A stretch of DNA of 64,000 nucleotides from Pristiophorus japonicus (Eukaryota). The position numbers were made by a program, and so were the translations under genes. This document shows positions 58,098-64,000 of this stretch, one piece after another. Where the stretch lies: NCBI RefSeq assembly GCF_044704955.1, contig NC_091992.1, positions 111,848,001 through 111,912,000 on the forward strand. Reading direction: 5' to 3'. Positions within the stretch are counted from its first letter, which is position 1; each line of letters starts with the position of its first letter. The notes below the pieces were generated by a model that saw only the letters and a list, made by a program, of their open reading frames with translations, did not search any database and was not told where the DNA came from.

Positions 58098-60867
58098 CAG
58101 GTTGAACCTTCCTTATCCAGGATTCCCTTAGCCGGCACCACCCCTCATCCTGCACCATTCCCGCCACCGGGTGGCGCTTGCGCAGAACTCCGACACGAAC
58201 ATATTAAACAAATTGAAGTCGTTCCTCGCTGCTGACTCCCACAAAGAAATAAGGGACGTGTGCAATAAAGGTACAGCAGTAATCATGGGCGACTTTAATC
58301 TACATATTGATTGGGCTAACCTAACTGGTAGCAATGCGGTGGAGGAGGATTTCCTGGAGTGTATTAGGGATGGTTTTCTAGACCAATATGTCGAGGAACC
58401 AACCAGGGAGCTGGCCATCCTAGACTGGGTGATGTGTAATGAGAAAGGACTAATTAGCAATCTTAGTGTGCGAGGCCCCTTGGGGAGGAGTGACCATAAT
58501 ATGGTAGAATTCCTTATTAAGATGGAGGGTGACAAAGTTAATTCGGAAACTAGGGTCCTGAACTTAAGGAAAGGTAATTTCGACGGTATGAGGAGTGAAT
58601 TGGCTAGAATAGACTGGCAAAGGATACTCAAAGGGTTTATGGTGGATAAGCAGTGGCAAACATTTAAAGATCACATGGATGAACTTCAGCAATTGTGCAT
58701 CCCTGTCTGGAGTAAAAATAAAACTGGGAAGGTGGCTCAACCAAGGCTAAGAAAGGAAATTAAGTATAGTGTTAAAGCCAAAGAAGAGGCATATAAATTG
58801 GCTAGAAAAAGCAACAAACCTGAGGACTGGGAGAAATTTAGAATTCACCAGAGGAGGACTAAGGGTTTAATTAGGAGGGGGAAAATAGAGTATGAGAGGA
58901 AGCTTGCAGGGAATATAAAAACTCACTGCAAAAGCTTCTATAAATATGTGAAGAGAAAAAGATTAGTGAAGACAAATGTAGGTCCCTTGCAGTCAGATTC
59001 AGATGAATTTATAATGGGGAACAAAGAAATGAATCAATACTTCAGTTCTGTCTTCACGAAGGAAGATACAAATAACCTTCAGAATGTACTAGGGGATAGT
59101 GGGTCTAGTGAGAAGGAGGAACTGAAGGATATCCTTATTAGGCTGGAAATTGTGTTAGGGAAATTGATGGGATTGAAGGCCGATAAATCCCCGGAGCCTG
59201 ATAGTCTGCATCCCAGAGTACTCGAGGAAGTGGCCCTAGAAATAGTGGATGCATTGGTGATCATTTTCCAACAGTCTATCAACTCTGGATCAGTCCCTAT
59301 GGACTGGAGGGTAGCTAATGTAACACCACTTTTTAAAAAAGGAGGGAGAGAGAAAACGGGTAATTCTAGACCAGTTAGCCTGACATCAGTAGTGGGGAAA
59401 ATGTTGGAATCAATCATTAAGGGCTAAATAGCAGCACATTTGGAAAGCAGTGACAGGATCGGACCAAGTCAGCATGGATTTATGAAAGGGAAATCATGCT
59501 CGACGAATCTTCTGGAATTTTTTGAGGATGTAACTAGCAGAGTGGACAAGGGTGAACCAATGGATGTGGTGTATTTGGACTTTCAAAAGGCTTTTGACAA
59601 GGTCCCGCACAAGAGATTGGTGTGCAAAATCAAAGCACGTGGTATTGGGGGTAATATACTGACGTGGATAGGGAACTGGTTGGCAGACAGGAAGCAGAGA
59701 GTCGGGATAAACGGGTCCTTTTCAGAATGGCAGGCAGTGACTAATGGAGTGCCGTAGGGCTTAGTGCTGGGACCCCAGCTCTTTACAATGTACATTAACA
59801 ATTTAGATGAAGGAATAGAGTGTAATATCTCCAAGTTTGCGGATGACACTAAACTGGGTGGCGGTGTGAGCTGAGAGGAGGACGCCAAGAGGCTGCAGGG
59901 TGACTTGGACAGGTTGGGTGAGTGGGCAAATACATGGCAGATGCAGTATAATGTGGATAAATGTGAGGTTATCCATTTTGGGGGCAAAAACACGAAAGTA
60001 GATTATCTGAATGGCGGCAGACTAGGAAAAGGGGAGGTGCAACGAGACCTGGGTGTCATGGTTCATCGGTCACTGAAAGTGGGCACGCAGTAAAAAAAGG
60101 CAAATGGTATGTTGGCCTTCAAAGCTAGGGGATTTGAATATAGAAGCAGGGAGGTCTTAATGCAGCTATACAGGGCCTTAGTGAGGTCTCACCTGGAATA
60201 TTGTGTTCAGTTTTGGTCTCCTAGTCTGAAGGACGTTCTTGCTATAGAGGGAGTGCAGCGAAGGTTCACCAGACTGATTCCAGGGATGGCTGGGTTGTCA
60301 TATGAGGAGAGATTGGATAAACTGGGCCTTTATTCACTGGAGTTTAGAAGGATGAGAGGGGATCTCATAGAAACATATAAGATTCTGATGGGACTGGACA
60401 GGATAGATGTGGGAAGAATGTTCCCGATGTTGGGGAAGTCCAGAACCAGGGGACATAGTCTTAGGATAAGGGGTAGGCCATTTAGGACTGATATAAGGAG
60501 AAACTTCTTCACTCAGAGTTGTTAACCTGTGGAATTCCCTGCCACAGAGAATTGTTGATGCCAGTTCACTGGATATATTCAAGAGGGAGTTAGATGTGAC
60601 CCTTACAGTTAAGGGGATCAACGGGTATGGAGAGAAAGCAGGAAAGGGGTACTGAAGGAATGATCAGTCATGATCTTATTGAATGGCGGTGCAGGCTCAA
60701 AGGGCCGAATGACCTACTCCTGCACCTATTTTCTATGTTTCTATGTTTCTACCCCCTTGCTCAGTGCCTGTACCATCCAATTTAACTTAACCTCCCCTCA
60801 TCCGGCAAAATCCCTTATCCGGCACAGGCCAGGTCCGGAGGACGCCAGATAAGAGAGGTTCAACTTG
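58098..60867. mobile_element. Second Tigger-like MITE copy (opposite orientation) split by CR1
   Basis: TA-CAGGTTGAACC ... GGTTCAACTTG-TA; both halves match the reverse complement of 54591-54947. Confidence 0.85.
58241..60751 (+). mobile_element. CR1 LINE, 5'-truncated (partial endonuclease, RT, tail)
   Basis: [17 protein letters not shown] and FADD motifs; (TTTCTATG)n tail. Confidence 0.96.
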
Positions 60868-61763
60868 TACTAACACCCAAATCGCAATAAATTCCTCACT
60901 GGAGGAGAATATATAGAATGCACATGACATTCTCGCCTCACGACGGATATCGATCAAGGAGGCCATCCAGTCAATCTTAGCTCATCCAAACTTGGAACTC
61001 AAACACTGCTGGACCCCTCCATACGGGGCAAGATAAAAATCTTATACTAAAGCACAAAGACAGGTAAAATATAATTCAACACAGAAGTGAAAACACAGTT
61101 TACACAAACTGGGCTAACTGTTCAACGGCAGTGTCCATAATTCTTGCAGCTTCTATTAGCATCTTCTGAGAAAATATTGTCTGTGGTGGTGAATAATATA
61201 AGGTATTTGATGGAGCCCTTGTTGCACGGAGCATGCACAAGAGGTTTGTCATGCTGAGATTGAAGAGCCTCAGCAGATCCCGGGATTATAAAGGAAGTAC
61301 TTTCCATTAGATTAAAAACACAATTGTGGAGGGCATCATCTATCAGTTTTGATTGAATTGGTTATCAAAGCAAATATAATAATGTCTTGCCTCATGACAA
61401 ACATGCCAGTACTTGATACTGGATTCACTAATTATCCTGTGAAGCTATTCCGATCAAGAAAATCTATTTCATGTGAAGTAGTCAAACAACGTTTCAAACA
61501 CTTTGACAGACAAAATGATAAAGGCTTGAGATTTCTGGCTTCTTTCATCATTACACCTGGATGGGACTTCACAACAGATCAGGATTAGAAATTACATCTC
61601 TGCCTGTCATTCTGTACACTCTATAAATATTGTTAAACCTGTTCCTCAACTAAAGGAATTCCTTTCATCAAATGTTTTAGAACCATTAATTTACAGCACC
61701 GTAGGAGGCATGTCTGTGCCAGCTCTTTGCTAGACCAATCTAAAACTAATCCAACATGCTCGA

Positions 61764-62006
61764 TGTCATGTATGTAACCTTCATGTAACAACACTGCATA
61801 CTGTATACACCTAAGAAATGCACACCTTGACCACAGGGGGTGAACTTGTGGGAGACACTTCTCACCTGGTCACCCAGGTATATAAAGGGAGGTCCCACGC
61901 AGGGTCATCACTTCCTGGTCCTGTGAATAAAGGTTCGGGTCACAGAGTGACATTGTCTGCAGAATGTGCCTCGTGTGAATTCATAGTAGTGTGTAAGGAC
62001 ACTACA
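61764..62006 (+). repeat. Solo Gypsy LTR
   Basis: TGTCATG...ACTACA termini, TATATAAA, AATAAA, TSD CTCGA/CTCGT. Confidence 0.87.
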
Positions 62007-62024
62007 CTCGTCATAGCCTTATTT

Positions 62025-62640
62025 CATAAGAACATAAGAAATAGGAGCAGAAGTAGGCCATCTGGCCCCTCGAGCCTGCCCCGCCATTCAATAAGATCAT
62101 GGCTGATCCGATCCTGGCCTCAACTCCACTTCCCTGCCCTCTTCCCATAATCCTGGACTTCCTTATCTATCAAAAATCTGTCTATCTCCAACTTAAATAT
62201 ATTCAATGGCCCAGCCTCCACTGCTCTCTGGGGTAGCGAATTCCAAAGATTCATGACCCTCAGAGAAGAAATTCCTCCTCATTTCAGTTTTAAATGGGCG
62301 ATCTCTTATTCCGAGACTGATACGTCCTTACTATACAGTTTAAATGCACACGAGGCCCATGCTTGAGAGGTCAGTCTGTGACCTGTCCTTTATTCCATAG
62401 CAAAATCAAGTGATGAGTGCTATGGAAGGTCCAGGTTAGGAGTGTCTCCCAAAAGTTCACCACCTAGTGGTCATTGTTCTCACAGTGTACAACTTATCAG
62501 TTTACACATGGGTTACAATGCTGGTTGAATACATGACAGAGACAATGCCCCCTAGTTCTAGACTCCTCCACGAGCGAAACCATCCTCTTTGCATCTACCC
62601 TGTATGTTTCAATAAGATCACCTCTCAGTCTTCTAAACCG
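62025..62640 (-). mobile_element. CR1 3' fragment interrupted by a solo LTR
   Basis: (CATAAGAA)n tail; similar to 32200-32600. Confidence 0.87.
62318..62538 (-). repeat. Solo LTR, family of element 1
   Basis: Perfect TSD GAGAC; matches 2439-2683. Confidence 0.9.
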
Positions 62641-63295
62641 AGCTTTCTCACCCACAAACTGAATTTGAAATTCTACCATGCTATGATCATGTTTCATCCT
62701 TCATTTCAAATATTTTCCAAATCTCTCTTAAAAGTGTAATGATCTTTGCCTCAACCACTCCCAGTGGCAAAATATTCTGTGCTCCAACAACCCTCTCTTC
62801 AAAAAAATCTCCTAACGTCTCTCTGCGCCCTCCGTGATCATTTTAAATTCACAACCTTTCATCACTGACTCGCCACCAGAGGAAAATGTCGACCAAAACT
62901 CTCAATTTTAATGCATTTATTAAATAATTCTCAGCCTTCTTTGCATCAGTTTCCCCACAGACAGAGTATATATCTTCCAAATTCCAGTTCCTGACACCCT
63001 GACTGACACACACGCACACACACACACCCACGCATCAACACACATCCACACTTTAATAATGAGATAATAGATTTTTTTTTTTAAATACATCATTTTAACC
63101 TTTTAATCTGAAAATGTTAGAGAAATTAATGTCAAATTTTGAAATTAACCTGACATAAAGAGAAGTGAAATAGCAACACTAATTATATTCCACAGTTTAT
63201 GCATTTTTTCTCATTCTCCCAGCACAGTAACACACCCATTGACAATGGAGGGCAACCCAATCAATCAACAGGACTGCCAAGTGGGGTCATCATAC

Positions 63296-63740
63296 TTGGC
63301 TCACTGGGAGCACTTTTACCTCGGTCAGAAGGTAATGGGTTCAAGCCCCACTCCAGAGGCTTGAGCACATAATTCAGACGGACATCTCAGCACAGTACTG
63401 AGGGAGCACTGCATCGGAAGTGCCATCTTACAGACGAGACGTTAACCTGAGTCTACGCTCTCAGATGGATGCAAAAGATCCCTTGGCCCTATTTTGAAGA
63501 GGAGCAGGGAAGTTCTCTCTGGTGTCCTGGCAATATTTATCCCTCCACCAACATCTCAAAAAAGCAGATTATCCGGTCATTATCACATTGCTGTTTGTGG
63601 GAGCTTGTTATGGGCAAATCGGTTGCCGTGTTTCCTACATTACAACAGTGAATACACTTCAAAAGTACTTATTTGCTGTGAAGCGTGTTGGGATGTCCTG
63701 AGGTTGTAAAAGGCAGTATACAAGTGCAAGTTCTTTCTTT
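63296..63740 (+). mobile_element. Deu-domain tRNA SINE
   Basis: Similar to 29843-30292. Confidence 0.83.
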
Positions 63741-63825
63741 ATAAATAAGCAGAGCAACCGCTTTCTTCACCCATCAATACCCAGATCCAAATTGGCTCAA
63801 CCCTTTGACTCATGTTGCTCATGTC

Positions 63826-64000
63826 GCCGGGATGGCGGGACTGACCTATCAAGAAAGATTGGATCAATTGGGCTTGTATTCACTGGAGTTCAGAAGAATG
63901 AGAGGGGACCTCATAGAAACGTTTAAAATTCTGACGGGGTTAGACAGGTTGGATGCAGGAAGAATGTTCCCAATGTTGGGGAAGTCCAGAACCAGGGGTC
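63826..64000 (+). mobile_element. CR1 3' region fragment running off the window
   Basis: MAGLTYQERLDQLGLYSLEFRR coding, near-identical to 33610-33780 reversed. Confidence 0.9.

Overview
Vertebrate, almost certainly cartilaginous-fish (shark-like) genomic DNA. The inference rests on Deu-domain tRNA SINEs, CR1 LINEs with (TTCTATGT)n tails and an MHC class I fragment. The window is a dense, nested transposon graveyard: three Ty3/Gypsy elements (one nested in another), four solo LTRs, CR1, Tx1, RTE and L2 LINEs, SINEs, Harbinger, Tigger-like and hAT-Charlie DNA elements, a 33-bp minisatellite and a ~6.4-kb G-rich satellite spanning a 200-N gap. No intact host protein gene is recognisable; there is one candidate 27-nt microexon. 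The most striking structure is a 1464-bp non-autonomous Harbinger-type element (15827-17290; perfect 16-bp TIRs, TCT target duplication). It carries an intron-less MHC class I alpha3-TM-cytoplasmic fragment and a second AT-rich cargo, each bounded by copies of an internal ~27-bp repeat motif, so it looks like a repeat-spacer gene-capture cassette. Other highlights: a 3.3-kb inversion supported by a split solo LTR with matching TSDs, a Tx1 insertion beside a hairpin in that LTR, two micro-inversions, extended tRNA-Ser complementarity at all three Gypsy PBSs, and a Harbinger element keeping only its spliced Myb/SANT gene.
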